Source: Anaerolineales bacterium (GTDB taxonomy: Bacteria > Chloroflexota > Anaerolineae > Anaerolineales > UBA11579). From it: a DNA stretch of 64,000 bases. Location: positions 1,278,805 to 1,342,804 of the forward strand of contig CP075367.1 in NCBI GenBank assembly GCA_019454165.1, written 5' to 3'. Each line of letters starts with the position of its first letter. Position 1 is the stretch's first letter. The notes below the pieces were generated by a model, which made no database searches, was not told the DNA's origin, and saw only the letters and a list, made by a program, of their open reading frames with translations. A program made the position numbers and the translations under genes. This document shows, in pieces, positions 49,139-60,272 of this stretch.

Positions 49139-50193
49139 TGAGACGGCTGGCGGGCAACGTACTGCGCGGGGTGGGGCGGGCGCTGCCTTTGGGCGCCTAT
49201 CAAGCCCTGTTCCGGCGGGATGTAGTTGGAATTTTCTATCACTCCGTGTCGGACGAGCCGCTGCCGCATGTGCAGCATCTCTACGCGCCCGAGCCGGTGG
49301 CGCGCTTCGAAGCTGCGCTGGAATACATCAAGCAGCATTTCCATCCGATCACCGACGCCGAGATCGAGGCTCATCGCATCCAGGGCAAGCCACTGCCTAA
49401 GCGCGCCATCCACCTCTCGTTCGATGATGGCTTCAGCGAGTGCTACAGCGTGGTGCGCCCTTTGCTGCTCAAGCACAGCATTCCCTGCACCTTTTATGTG
49501 ACCACCGGCTGGCTCGACAATGCCAGCATGTTCTATCGCAACAAGACCTCGCTGTGTGTCGAGCAGATGCGAAGCCTGGAGCGCGATGCGGCCAAGATGG
49601 TGCTGACCAGCCTCAACAATGCCCTCGGTCTCAGCCTGGCGGACGCGGCGGGCTTCGAACGCTGGATCAAGACCCAGCAAGCCGCCGAGGAAAGCGTCAT
49701 CGATATGACCGCCAAGATGCTGGGCGTGGACGTGAAGGCTTACCTGAAGGAGCGCAGCCCCTACCTGACCCGCGAACAGGTGCGCGCCCTGCACGCCGAT
49801 GGTTTCACCATCGGCGCCCACACCGTGCGGCATGCCAAACTGGCTACCCTCAGCGACGCCGAGATCGAAAGCGAGATCGTCGCCTCGGCCCGCGAGGTGC
49901 AAGCGATCACCGGCCAGCACCGCATCACACTATCTTTCCCTTATTCGGGCAACGGCCTCTCGCGCAAGCTGCTGGCCGGTATCCGTACCCGCCATCCCTT
50001 TCTCGGCCTCTTCTACGATACGCAAGACCTGCAGCGGGATGTACCCTTCATCGTGCAGCGCATCTGGGCCGAGAAAGCCGCCTTCCGTCAGGTGGGGCAG
50101 CCCACCAATGTGCCAGCGCTGCTGCGTGACGCCTACGAGCAAGAGCTGTACGATGTGGCTCGCCGCGGACCCGGCACGCGTGACGTAGGTTAG
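49138..50193 (+). CDS. Polysaccharide deacetylase (NodB homology domain) family protein
   Basis: 351 aa from the ATG at 49138, which overlaps the upstream stop (TAATG). LSFDDGF and GAHTVRH metal-binding motifs are present. The track ORF begins spuriously at 48928. Confidence 0.85.
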   Translation: MRRLAGNVLRGVGRALPLGAYQALFRRDVVGIFYHSVSDEPLPHVQHLYAPEPVARFEAALEYIKQHFHPITDAEIEAHRIQGKPLPKRAIHLSFDDGFSECYSVVRPLLLKHSIPCTFYVTTGWLDNASMFYRNKTSLCVEQMRSLERDAAKMVLTSLNNALGLSLADAAGFERWIKTQQAAEESVIDMTAKMLGVDVKAYLKERSPYLTREQVRALHADGFTIGAHTVRHAKLATLSDAEIESEIVASAREVQAITGQHRITLSFPYSGNGLSRKLLAGIRTRHPFLGLFYDTQDLQRDVPFIVQRIWAEKAAFRQVGQPTNVPALLRDAYEQELYDVARRGPGTRDVG

Positions 50194-50284
50194 CCTGCTT
50201 CGTACTCCACACCTAAGGCCACAAAGCGGACGCTTTGTGGCCTTTCTGATTCGTGCCCAGCTAGTACCAATGGATTAAATAGTC

Positions 50285-50361
50285 GTGGGGCCAATTGCTT
50301 GCATTGTGGGGGAAATGGCGTATACTGTGGGGACTTGTGGGACGAAGTGGCATAAAGTGGA
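50285..50361 (+). promoter_or_regulatory. dcw (Pmra-like) promoter with phased GTGG(G) MraZ-box repeats
   Basis: TTGCAT (50299-50304), a 16-nt spacer, TATACT (50321-50326). GTGG(G) boxes start at 50327, 50337, 50347 and 50357, exactly 10 nt apart. Two more start at 50285 and 50306, each 21 nt upstream of the next. Confidence 0.75.
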
Positions 50362-50410
50362 GCGCCGGGAGCTATCCCGGCGTTCTGCAATTAACCCACA
50401 GTTAGAACTT

Positions 50411-50854
50411 ATGTTTCTGGGCGAATACTCTCACTCCATCGATGACAAGGGCCGCCTCACCGTGCCGGCCCGCTTCCGCCAGCTGCTCGCGCAGGGCGGC
50501 GTCATCACGCGCGGCTTGGATGGCAACCTGGTTGTCATGCTGCCGGATGCCTTCGCTGCCATGGTGCGCCACCTCGAGGCGCTCAGCATCACTGACCCCA
50601 AGGTGCGTGACCTGCGCCGCGTCATTACCGGCCAGGCCGAGCGCGTGGAGCCTGACGGCAGCGGTCGCATCCTCATCCCGCAGTTCCTGCGGGATGAGTT
50701 CAAGCTCGGCTCCGAGGTCAAGCTGGTTGGCATCAGTGACCAGTTCGAGATCTGGCCGCAGGAGACCTGGGTCAAAGTGCGCACCCGCATTGACCAGGCC
50801 ATGAAGGATGACCCAGGCAGCTTCTCCGGCGTGGACCTGGCTTCGAAGCCTTAA
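50411..50854 (+). CDS. mraZ: Transcriptional regulator MraZ
   Basis: 147 aa from the ATG at 50411. MFLGEYSHSIDDKGRLTVPARFR and a second DGSGRILIPQFLR give the two SpoVT/AbrB-like DxxxR motifs. The track ORF begins spuriously at 50285. Confidence 0.95.
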   Translation: MFLGEYSHSIDDKGRLTVPARFRQLLAQGGVITRGLDGNLVVMLPDAFAAMVRHLEALSITDPKVRDLRRVITGQAERVEPDGSGRILIPQFLRDEFKLGSEVKLVGISDQFEIWPQETWVKVRTRIDQAMKDDPGSFSGVDLASKP

Positions 50855-50857
50855 CGC

Positions 50858-51796
50858 ATGAACGTAGATGGTAGCGGCCAGTCCGCACATCTTTCGGTAC
50901 TTTACAAAGAAACACTGGAAGCGCTGGCGCCACACCCCGGCGGCCTGTATGTCGATGGCACGCTGGGGGCAGGCGGGCACGCCTGGGGGCTGCTGGAGGG
51001 CAGCCACCCCGGCGGCCAGCTGCTGGGGCTGGATGTGGATCCGGCCGCGCTGGCCCTGGCAGCCCAGCGGCTGGCGCCCTTCGGTGAAAGGGCGCACATC
51101 CGCCCGGGCTCCTACGCAGACCTGGCCCAGCACCTGGCGGCGCTCGGCTGGCCCGCGGTGGACGGCATCCTGCTCGATCTGGGCGCCTCGTCCATGCAGT
51201 TTGACCAGGCCGAGCGCGGCTTCTCCTTCCAAAAGGAAGGCCCGCTGGATATGCGCTTCAACCCCGCCGCCGGCCGCAGCGCGGCCGAGTTGGTCAACAG
51301 CCTGCCGGAGGGTGAGCTGGCCGACCTGCTCTACGAATACGGCGAGGAGCGCCAATCCCGCCGGGTGGCGCGGGCCATCGTGGCCGCCCGCCCGTTGCAC
51401 ACCAGCACCGAGCTGGCTGCCGTGATCGCCAAGGCGCTCGGCGGCAAGCGCACAGGCATCCACCCGGCCACGCGCAGCTTCCAGGCCCTGCGCATCGCCG
51501 TCAACAGCGAGCTGGACGCCGTCGCCCGGGTGCTGCCGCAGGCGCTGGCGGCGCTCAAGCAGGGTGGGCGGCTGGCGATCATCTCCTTCCACTCGTTGGA
51601 GGATCGCCTGGTCAAGCAATATTTCCGCCAGGAGAGCCGGGACTGCATTTGCCCGCCCGGCCAGCCGGTATGCACATGTGGGCACACGGCCAGCCTGCGG
51701 GAGCTGACCCGCAAGCCGGTCCAGCCTGGCCAGCCGGAGATAGAGGCCAACCCGCGGGCTCGCAGCGCCCACCTGCGGGCGGTCGAGAAACTTTAA
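50858..51796 (+). CDS. rsmH: 16S rRNA (cytosine1402-N4)-methyltransferase
   Basis: 312 aa with DGTLGAGGH, DLGASSMQFD and FHSLEDR motifs. Confidence 0.96.
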   Translation: MNVDGSGQSAHLSVLYKETLEALAPHPGGLYVDGTLGAGGHAWGLLEGSHPGGQLLGLDVDPAALALAAQRLAPFGERAHIRPGSYADLAQHLAALGWPAVDGILLDLGASSMQFDQAERGFSFQKEGPLDMRFNPAAGRSAAELVNSLPEGELADLLYEYGEERQSRRVARAIVAARPLHTSTELAAVIAKALGGKRTGIHPATRSFQALRIAVNSELDAVARVLPQALAALKQGGRLAIISFHSLEDRLVKQYFRQESRDCICPPGQPVCTCGHTASLRELTRKPVQPGQPEIEANPRARSAHLRAVEKL

Positions 51797-51908
51797 GAAA
51801 ACAAGGTGCCGTTAGGCACAGGCTTTGCACCGTTTTGCAAGCGTGGCAATGCGCAGGTCCTGCGCATTGCCAGAGCAAATTTCGCTGGATGGAGGCGCCA
51901 GCAAAACT

Positions 51909-52382
51909 ATGCGAAACAAAAGCTATGTACAAGCGCACAGCCAGACCCCCTGGCGGCGCCAAATGCAAATGATCGGCTTCTTTGCAGCGGCCGTAGCGGC
52001 GTTAGCGCTACTGGCCGGTTTGTATTTAAACGTCACGGCCCGCGCCTCCACCATTGGCCGCCACGTGCAAAGCCTGCAAAATGAGCGCATTCGCCTGCAG
52101 CAGCAGATCGAGAACATGGAGAGCCAGCTGGCCTCGCTGACCTCCAACGAGGCCATGCAGGCGCGTGCCACCCAGCTGGGCTTCGCCCCTGTGCAACCCG
52201 GCGCGGTCACCTACCTCACCGTCGAGGGCTACCGCGGCCGCCCTAACCTGCAGCTGGCCCCGCGGGCCGGCGGCCAGTTCATAGGCGTGCCGCGCCTGCC
52301 TGAGGCCTACACCGAATCCCTGCTGGATTGGGTCGGTAAGCTCTTCGACGAATACGGCTTCGGCCTGCTGGGGGGCTACTAA
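51909..52382 (+). CDS. ftsL: FtsL-like cell division membrane protein
   Basis: 157 aa from the ATG at 51909. It has a single TM segment (IGFFAAAVAALALLAGLYL) followed by a coiled coil (LQNERIRLQQQIENMESQL), and sits between rsmH and the PBP gene. The start is uncertain. Confidence 0.65.
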   Translation: MRNKSYVQAHSQTPWRRQMQMIGFFAAAVAALALLAGLYLNVTARASTIGRHVQSLQNERIRLQQQIENMESQLASLTSNEAMQARATQLGFAPVQPGAVTYLTVEGYRGRPNLQLAPRAGGQFIGVPRLPEAYTESLLDWVGKLFDEYGFGLLGGY

Positions 52383-52383
52383 G

Positions 52384-54168
52384 ATGCCGCGCGAACATAT
52401 GTGGCGTTACCTGGTGATGGCCGCCTTCTTCGCCATCTTCGGCTCGCTGATCCTGTACAAGACCTTCAGCATCCAGAACAGCCCGCAGGCCGAAGTCTTT
52501 TTGCGCCAGGGAGAGTTTTACAGCCGCGAGCATGATGTCATTCAACCGCCGCGCGGCATCATCTACGATCGCAATGGCAACATATTGGCCGGCAACCGCA
52601 CCGTGTACGAGATCGGCGCCGACCTGGCTTCCGTACGTGACCCGCATGCCATCGCCTTGGCGCTCAGCGCCCTGGTGGGGGCGGATTACAACACCGTGCT
52701 CGAGCGCGCCAGCATCCCCGCATCCGCCAGCTCCGTGTATGTCGTCCTCGCCAACTATGTGCTGCCGGAGAAGGTCAATCTGCTCAAGAGCTACGACGTG
52801 ACCCGTGAGGCCGAGCCGATGGACAGCACGCGCTGCTCCAATGACCCGGCCTTGTTCGCCCTGCGCTGCGAGGCCCAGCTGGCCCGCAGCTACCCGGAGC
52901 GGGACCTGGCTTCCAACCTGCTGGGCTTCGTCAACCGTGAGAGCCTGGGCTACTTCGGCGTGGAGCAGCAGTATCAGAACCTGCTGGCTGGCCAGCCGGA
53001 GAACATCTGGATCCCGGTGGCGCCTACCCGCGTGCAGGAGCGCCCCGAGGTGCCGGCCGGCGCCAGCCTGGTGCTCACCATCGACCGCGAGATCCAGGCC
53101 ATGGTCGAAGACACGCTGGATGCCCACATTACGCAGACCGGGGCCGAATCCGGTACCGTGATCGTGATGGATCCCAAGACCGGCGAGCTGCTGGCCATGG
53201 CCAGCACGCCGCGCATGGATCTGAACGAGTTCCAAAACTATGGTGACATTTACACCAATGAGGTGCCTTACAACCGCGCCATTGGTGAGATCTACGAGCC
53301 CGGCTCCATCTTCAAGGTCATCACCGCCGCCGCCGCGCTCGACCAGGGCGTCGTGACCCCCGAAACCGAATACGAAGACCGCGGTGTTTACACTATCGGC
53401 GGCATCACCATCCGCAACTGGAACAACCGCGCCTGGGGCTTGCAGACCGTGCAAGGCTGCATGCAGCACTCGCTCAACGTGTGTCTGGCCTGGATGGGTG
53501 AGAAGCTGGGCCAGGAGAAGTTCTACGAATACGTAGACCGCTTTGGCTTCGGCCATACCACCGGCGTGGACATGGCCGGTGAGCAGAGCGGCACGGTCAA
53601 GCGCCCTGGTGACCCTAACTGGTACCTGGCTGACCTGGGCGCCAACACCTTCGGCCAGGGCATTGCTGTCACGCCCATCCAAATGGTGATGGCCGTCTCT
53701 GCCTTCGTCAACGACGGCCAGATGGTCATTCCGCATATCGTCAAAGCCGTCATTCAAGACGGCTCGCAATACAACGTAGCCCCGCAGTTCGCCGGACAGC
53801 CCATCTCAGCCGAGACAGCTCGCACCATGACCGATATGCTGGCTACTTCGCTGGAAGGCGAGAGCTCGCTGGCCCTGGTGGCCGGCTACCGCCTGGCGGG
53901 CAAGACCGGCACGGCCCAGATCCCCGTGCCGACTGGTTACGAAGAGAATCAGACCAACACCTCCTTCATCGGCTGGGGTCCGGTCGAGGATCCGCGCTTC
54001 ATCGTGTTCGTGTGGCTCGAGCGGCCTGAGACCTCCACCTGGGCCTCCGAGGTTGCTTCGCCGCTGTTCGCCGATATCGTTGAGCGCCTGGTGGTATTGC
54101 AGGGCATTCCGCCCAACTTCCAGAACATCGGCACCGTTTCCAATTCGGGGCAGGGGAGCCAGCAATGA
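52384..54168 (+). CDS. ftsI: Class B penicillin-binding protein (FtsI-type peptidoglycan D,D-transpeptidase)
   Basis: 594 aa with an N-terminal TM segment, the SxxK motif (GSIFKV) and KTGTA. Confidence 0.92.
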   Translation: MPREHMWRYLVMAAFFAIFGSLILYKTFSIQNSPQAEVFLRQGEFYSREHDVIQPPRGIIYDRNGNILAGNRTVYEIGADLASVRDPHAIALALSALVGADYNTVLERASIPASASSVYVVLANYVLPEKVNLLKSYDVTREAEPMDSTRCSNDPALFALRCEAQLARSYPERDLASNLLGFVNRESLGYFGVEQQYQNLLAGQPENIWIPVAPTRVQERPEVPAGASLVLTIDREIQAMVEDTLDAHITQTGAESGTVIVMDPKTGELLAMASTPRMDLNEFQNYGDIYTNEVPYNRAIGEIYEPGSIFKVITAAAALDQGVVTPETEYEDRGVYTIGGITIRNWNNRAWGLQTVQGCMQHSLNVCLAWMGEKLGQEKFYEYVDRFGFGHTTGVDMAGEQSGTVKRPGDPNWYLADLGANTFGQGIAVTPIQMVMAVSAFVNDGQMVIPHIVKAVIQDGSQYNVAPQFAGQPISAETARTMTDMLATSLEGESSLALVAGYRLAGKTGTAQIPVPTGYEENQTNTSFIGWGPVEDPRFIVFVWLERPETSTWASEVASPLFADIVERLVVLQGIPPNFQNIGTVSNSGQGSQQ

Positions 54169-55604
54169 GCGCGCCTCGCCCTCTCAGCCTGGCTGACATC
54201 ATCGAAGCGTTGAGCGGCGTGCGCCCGGCGGCCGCCGAGTCCTTGGCGCTCAGCGGCGCAGTGCACGACTCGCGTGAGGCCAAAGCCGGCAGCCTGTTCG
54301 TAGCCCTGCGCGGCGAGCGCGTGGATGGGCATGACTTCGTGCAGGCTGCCTTTGCCGCCGGCGCCCTGGCCGCTCTGGTCGAGCGCCCGCTCGACGGGAT
54401 TGCCACCCTGGATCTGCGCGGCGGCCAGCCGGCCCCGGCCGGCTTTGCCCCCAGCACACCGCTATGTATCGTGGTGGATGATGCCCTGCAGGCTTTGCAG
54501 CAGGCGGCCCGCTTCTGGCGCCGCAAGCTCAGCAGCCTGCGCGTCATCGGCATCACCGGCAGCGTGGGCAAGACCACCACCAAAGAACTGACTGCCGATG
54601 TGCTCGGCCAGCGCTACCGCACCTTCAAATCCGTGGGCAATTTCAATAATGAGATCGGCCTGCCGCTCAGTGTGCTCTCCATCACGCCTGACACCGAACG
54701 CGCTGTGCTTGAGATGGGCTTCTACGTCATCGGTGAGATCGCGCTGCTGGCGGATATTGCGGTGCCAGAGGTCGGCGTGGTCACAAACGTCGGCACGGTC
54801 CACGCTTCGCGGGCTGGCTCGCAAGAGGCCATCTACCAGGGCAAGGCTGAGCTGGTGCAGAGCCTCGGCAGCGATGGCATTGCCATCCTCAACTATGACG
54901 ATCCGTTCGTGAAGCGCATGGCGCAAGAAACCAAAGCGCGCGTCTTCTTCTACGGGCTCGACCCGGCCGCTGACCTGTGGGCCGATAACATCGAGGGCCT
55001 GGGCTTGGATGGTGTGCGCTTCCGCCTGCACTATCAGGGCGAGACCCTGCATGTGCGCATTCCGCTCATTGGCCGCCACTCGGTGCATACTGCCCTGCGC
55101 GCCGCCGCCGTAGGCGTGATCGAAGGAATGGACTGGGGCGCCATTCTCAGCGGCCTGCGCATGGGCAACGCCCAACTGCGCCTGATGGCCGTGCCTGGCC
55201 GCAACGGCTCGTTGCTGCTGGATGACACCTATAACGCCTCGCCTGAATCCACCGTAGCGGCTCTCAACCTGCTCAGCGAGCTCGAGGGCCGCAAGGTGGC
55301 TGTGCTGGGGGATATGCTAGAGCTCGGCCAGTATGAGGAGCAGGGCCACCGCGTGGTGGGTAACCTGGCCGCCCGCGTGGCCGATCTGCTGGTCACCGTG
55401 GGGCCGCGTGCCCACATCATCGCCCAGACCGCCCGCAGCGCCGGCCTGCAAGCGGCCGCCGTGAGCGAATTCGAGGACACCGAAGGCGCGCTGGCCTATT
55501 TGAAGAGCGCCCTGACGGCTGGCGATGTGGTCCTGGTCAAGGGCTCGCGCGGCGTGCATATGGACAAGATCGTGCCGGATCTGGAGGAACGCAATGAACG
55601 TTAG
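54165..55604 (+). CDS. murF: UDP-N-acetylmuramoyl-tripeptide--D-alanyl-D-alanine ligase
   Basis: 479 aa. GITGSVGKTTTKE is the MurF-type P-loop. DDTYNASPES is also present. Confidence 0.93.
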   Translation: MSAPRPLSLADIIEALSGVRPAAAESLALSGAVHDSREAKAGSLFVALRGERVDGHDFVQAAFAAGALAALVERPLDGIATLDLRGGQPAPAGFAPSTPLCIVVDDALQALQQAARFWRRKLSSLRVIGITGSVGKTTTKELTADVLGQRYRTFKSVGNFNNEIGLPLSVLSITPDTERAVLEMGFYVIGEIALLADIAVPEVGVVTNVGTVHASRAGSQEAIYQGKAELVQSLGSDGIAILNYDDPFVKRMAQETKARVFFYGLDPAADLWADNIEGLGLDGVRFRLHYQGETLHVRIPLIGRHSVHTALRAAAVGVIEGMDWGAILSGLRMGNAQLRLMAVPGRNGSLLLDDTYNASPESTVAALNLLSELEGRKVAVLGDMLELGQYEEQGHRVVGNLAARVADLLVTVGPRAHIIAQTARSAGLQAAAVSEFEDTEGALAYLKSALTAGDVVLVKGSRGVHMDKIVPDLEERNER

Positions 55605-56583
55605 CGCCACCGCTTTGGTGCTGGCGGGCGTGAGCTTTATTCTCACCGTCATTTGGGGTGGCCCGCTGATCCGCATCCTGCGCCGCCTCGAAGTGGGCGA
55701 CAGCATCCGCGTCGAGGCGCCCGAGCGCCACATCGTCAAAGTTGGCACGCCCACCATGGGCGGCGTCATGTTCATCCTGCCCGTGCTGCTGGTTACCGTG
55801 CTGCTCAACGCGGTCTCGCTGATCGGCCTGAGCGGGGTGGGCCTCTCCGTGCTGGTGCCGATGGGCGCCATGATCGCCTTCGGCGTCCTGGGCAGCCTCG
55901 ACGATATTCGCAAGCTGCAGCGCAGAGTGGGCGAAGGCATGCGCGCTCGCAACAAGTTCCTGCTGCAGGTTGCCCTGGCGACCGTGCTGGCCATCGCCCT
56001 GCGTGAGTTTCTGCATGTGCCGGATATGTATCTGCCCGGCTCCCCACATGAGTTCGATCTCGGCTTGCTGTTCTACCCGATGGCGGTCTTCATCATCGTG
56101 GGCGCGGCCAACGCGGTCAACTTTACGGATGGCCTGGATGGTATGGCCGGCCTCATCAGCGCCACCGCCTTCGCCACCTTCGGCTGCATTGCGTTGCTGC
56201 AGGGCCAGGTCTTCCTGGCGCAGTTCTGTTTCACCCTGGTGGGCGCGCTCTTCGGCTTCTTGTGGTTCAACGTGCATCCGGCCCAGCTCATTATGGGTGA
56301 TACCGGCGCGATGGCCCTGGGCGCCTGCCTGGGCGTCGTGGCTTTGATGACCGGCCAGTGGATCCTGCTGCCGCTGATCGCCGTGATCCCGGTCAGCGAA
56401 ATTCTCAGCGTTATTTTGCAAGTTGGCTTTTTCAAACTTACCGGCGGGCGGCGCGTCTTCAAGATGACCCCGCTGCATTTGCATTTCGAGCTCTCGGGCT
56501 GGAGTGAAACGCAGATCGTGCAGCGTTTCTGGCTCATGAGCCTGTTGTTCGCCATGGTGGGCGTCGCCCTGGCGGTGTTGTAG
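55594..56583 (+). CDS. mraY: Phospho-N-acetylmuramoyl-pentapeptide transferase
   Basis: 329 aa from the ATG at 55594, with GTPTMGG, NAVNFTDGLDG and MGDTGAMALG. The track ORF begins spuriously at 55525. Confidence 0.96.
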   Translation: MNVSATALVLAGVSFILTVIWGGPLIRILRRLEVGDSIRVEAPERHIVKVGTPTMGGVMFILPVLLVTVLLNAVSLIGLSGVGLSVLVPMGAMIAFGVLGSLDDIRKLQRRVGEGMRARNKFLLQVALATVLAIALREFLHVPDMYLPGSPHEFDLGLLFYPMAVFIIVGAANAVNFTDGLDGMAGLISATAFATFGCIALLQGQVFLAQFCFTLVGALFGFLWFNVHPAQLIMGDTGAMALGACLGVVALMTGQWILLPLIAVIPVSEILSVILQVGFFKLTGGRRVFKMTPLHLHFELSGWSETQIVQRFWLMSLLFAMVGVALAVL

Positions 56584-56585
56584 CC

Positions 56586-57952
<1,367 letters not shown>

Positions 57953-57956
<4 letters not shown>

Positions 57957-59248
57957 CCGAAGAAACCTTTGACCAGTTTGAAGCCACCGCCGAATCCTTC
58001 GAGCGGCCTCAGCGCGCCCGCCGCCGCGGCCGGCGCAAGAGCGCCAGCCTCTGGCCGCAGCTGGAGCTCAACTTTGACGTGCCCATGGCGCTGGCCATCT
58101 TCGCCCTGCTGGTCTTCGGCCTGCTGATGGTGTACTCCGCCAGCTGGGACTTCTCGCTGAGCGAATACGACGACCCCACCTTCATGTTCCGCCGCCAAAT
58201 GCTCACCATGAGCATCGGTCTGATCGGTGGCTTGGCAGCCTATTTCATCGACTATCGCTTCTGGCGCAAATATGCCGTGCCGCTGATCGCCGCCACCATC
58301 CTGAGCCTCCTGGTGGTGCTGGTGGTCAACGAAGTCCGCTTCGGCTCGGCGCGTGCCCTCAGCGGCGGCTCCTACATGCCGGGCGAGGTCGCCAAGGTGG
58401 CCACGATCCTGTACCTCTCCGTCTGGCTCAGCTCCAAGCGTGAGCAGCTCGCCAACGTCGGCCGCGGCATCCTGCCGCTCGGCCTCATTGTCGGCCTGAT
58501 GGCCGGCCTGATCCTGCTCCAGCCTGATTTCAGCGCCGCCGCCACCATGGTGGTGCTGGGCGGCCTGATGTTCTTTTTGGCCGGCGGCAGCATCAAGCAG
58601 ATCGCCTTCATGTTCGTGGGCGCCAGCCTGTTGAGCGCCCTGTTCGTCAGCGTCAGCACCACCAGCCAGGTGCGTATCAGCAGCTACTTGGATAGCTTGC
58701 AGGACCCGACCCAGGCCAACAGCCACGTCTTGCGCTCCTTCGAAGCCTTCGTGAAGGGCGGCTGGTTCGGCGTGGGCATCGGCCTGGCCGACACCAAGCT
58801 GACCGGCCTGCCCGTGCCGCCCACCGACAGCATCTTCGCTGTCGTGGGCGAGGAGCTCGGCCTGGTCGGCTGCGCCATCCTCACCTTGCTGTATGGCGTG
58901 GTGCTATGGCGCGGCATGGTCATCGCCAACCGCGCCCCGGATATGCTGGGGGCGCTGATCGCCGGCGGTATCACCGTATGGGTCACCATGGAAGCCTTCA
59001 TCAACATGGGCGTGATGGTGGGCCTGTTGCCGTTCGCCGGCAACGCCTTGCCGCTCATCAGCTTCGGTGGTTCCAGCCTGGTCTCCGTGCTGGGCGCGCT
59101 GGGCATCGTGATGAGCGTTTCCCGCGCTTCAACTGTAAAGAGTCAGAACAACGAAAGGATCCTGGATGCGACTACTCGTGGCCGCCGGGGCGAGCGGGGG
59201 TGGGGTCTATCCCGCGCTCGCCGCGCTTCAAGAATTGGGCGCAACTGA
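57953..59248 (+). CDS. ftsW: SEDS-family peptidoglycan glycosyltransferase FtsW
   Basis: 431 aa, polytopic. QPDFSAA, TDSIFAVVGEELG and LPFAGNALPLISFGGSS are present. It overlaps murG by 83 nt. Confidence 0.92.
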
Positions 59249-60272
59249 CCTTGAGCTGCTGTGGGTGGGCGGCGAAGGCGGCATGGAGGAGGAGCTGGTG
59301 ACGCGTGCCGGCTACACCCTCACCACGCTGCCCGCCGCCGGCCTGCACGGCGTGGGTCTGGCCCAGCTGCCCGGCAACCTGTGGCAGCTGGCCCGCGGCG
59401 TGCTGGCTGCCCGCCGCATCCTGGCCCGCTTTAAGCCTGATGTGCTGTTCTTCACCGGCGGCTTCGTCGCCGCGCCCGTCGCCATCGCTGGCCGCCGCGT
59501 GCCCACCTTGGCCTTCGTGCCGGATGCGCGCCCCGGGTTCACCCTGCGCTTCATCGCCCGCTTCGCCGATGTGATCGCGACCGTGGCCGCCGAGGTCGGC
59601 GGCCACTTCACCCGCCAGCGCGTCGAGGTCACCGGCTACCCGGTGCGCAGCGAGCTGGCTGCCTGGGCGCAGCCCGCTCGCCGCGCCGAGGCGCTACGCC
59701 ATTTTGGCTTGAGCGCTGATCTGCCCACATTGCTCATCTTCGGCGGCAGCAAGGGCGCCCAAAACATTAACCGCGCTGCGGTGGCGGCATTGCCGGACTT
59801 ATTGCAAGATATGCAAGTGATCCACATCAGCGGGCAGACCAACTGGGACGAGGTCAACGACGCCCAGGCCCAGCTCACGCCCTCGCAAGCCGCACGCTAC
59901 CGTGCCTTCCCATACCTGCATGAAGACATGGGCGCCGCCTTCGCCGCCGCAGACCTGGCGGTCTGCCGCGCCGGCGCCTCCACCCTCGGCGAGCTGCCCC
60001 TGTTCCAATTGCCCGCCGTGCTGGTGCCGATCCCGTTCGAGCAGCACATCCAGCACGACAACGCTGCGCTGCTGGCGCAGCGCAGCGCCGCCGTCGTGCT
60101 GGCCGACGCCGACATGCCCAGCCAGCTGGCCGCCACCGTGCGCGGCCTGCTAGCCGACAAGCCGCGCCTGCAGGCCATGCGCGCCGCCATGGCCGCCATG
60201 GCCGTGCCGGACGCAGCCGCCCGCCTGGCGGGCTTGCTGCGCCAGCTCGGCACGCAGGAGGCGCAGGCGTGA
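59166..60272 (+). CDS. murG: UDP-N-acetylglucosamine--N-acetylmuramyl-(pentapeptide) pyrophosphoryl-undecaprenol GlcNAc transferase
   Basis: 368 aa with MRLLVAAGASGGGVYPALA (the G-loop of MurG), GGSKGAQ and CRAGASTLGEL. Confidence 0.94.
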   Translation: MRLLVAAGASGGGVYPALAALQELGATDLELLWVGGEGGMEEELVTRAGYTLTTLPAAGLHGVGLAQLPGNLWQLARGVLAARRILARFKPDVLFFTGGFVAAPVAIAGRRVPTLAFVPDARPGFTLRFIARFADVIATVAAEVGGHFTRQRVEVTGYPVRSELAAWAQPARRAEALRHFGLSADLPTLLIFGGSKGAQNINRAAVAALPDLLQDMQVIHISGQTNWDEVNDAQAQLTPSQAARYRAFPYLHEDMGAAFAAADLAVCRAGASTLGELPLFQLPAVLVPIPFEQHIQHDNAALLAQRSAAVVLADADMPSQLAATVRGLLADKPRLQAMRAAMAAMAVPDAAARLAGLLRQLGTQEAQA

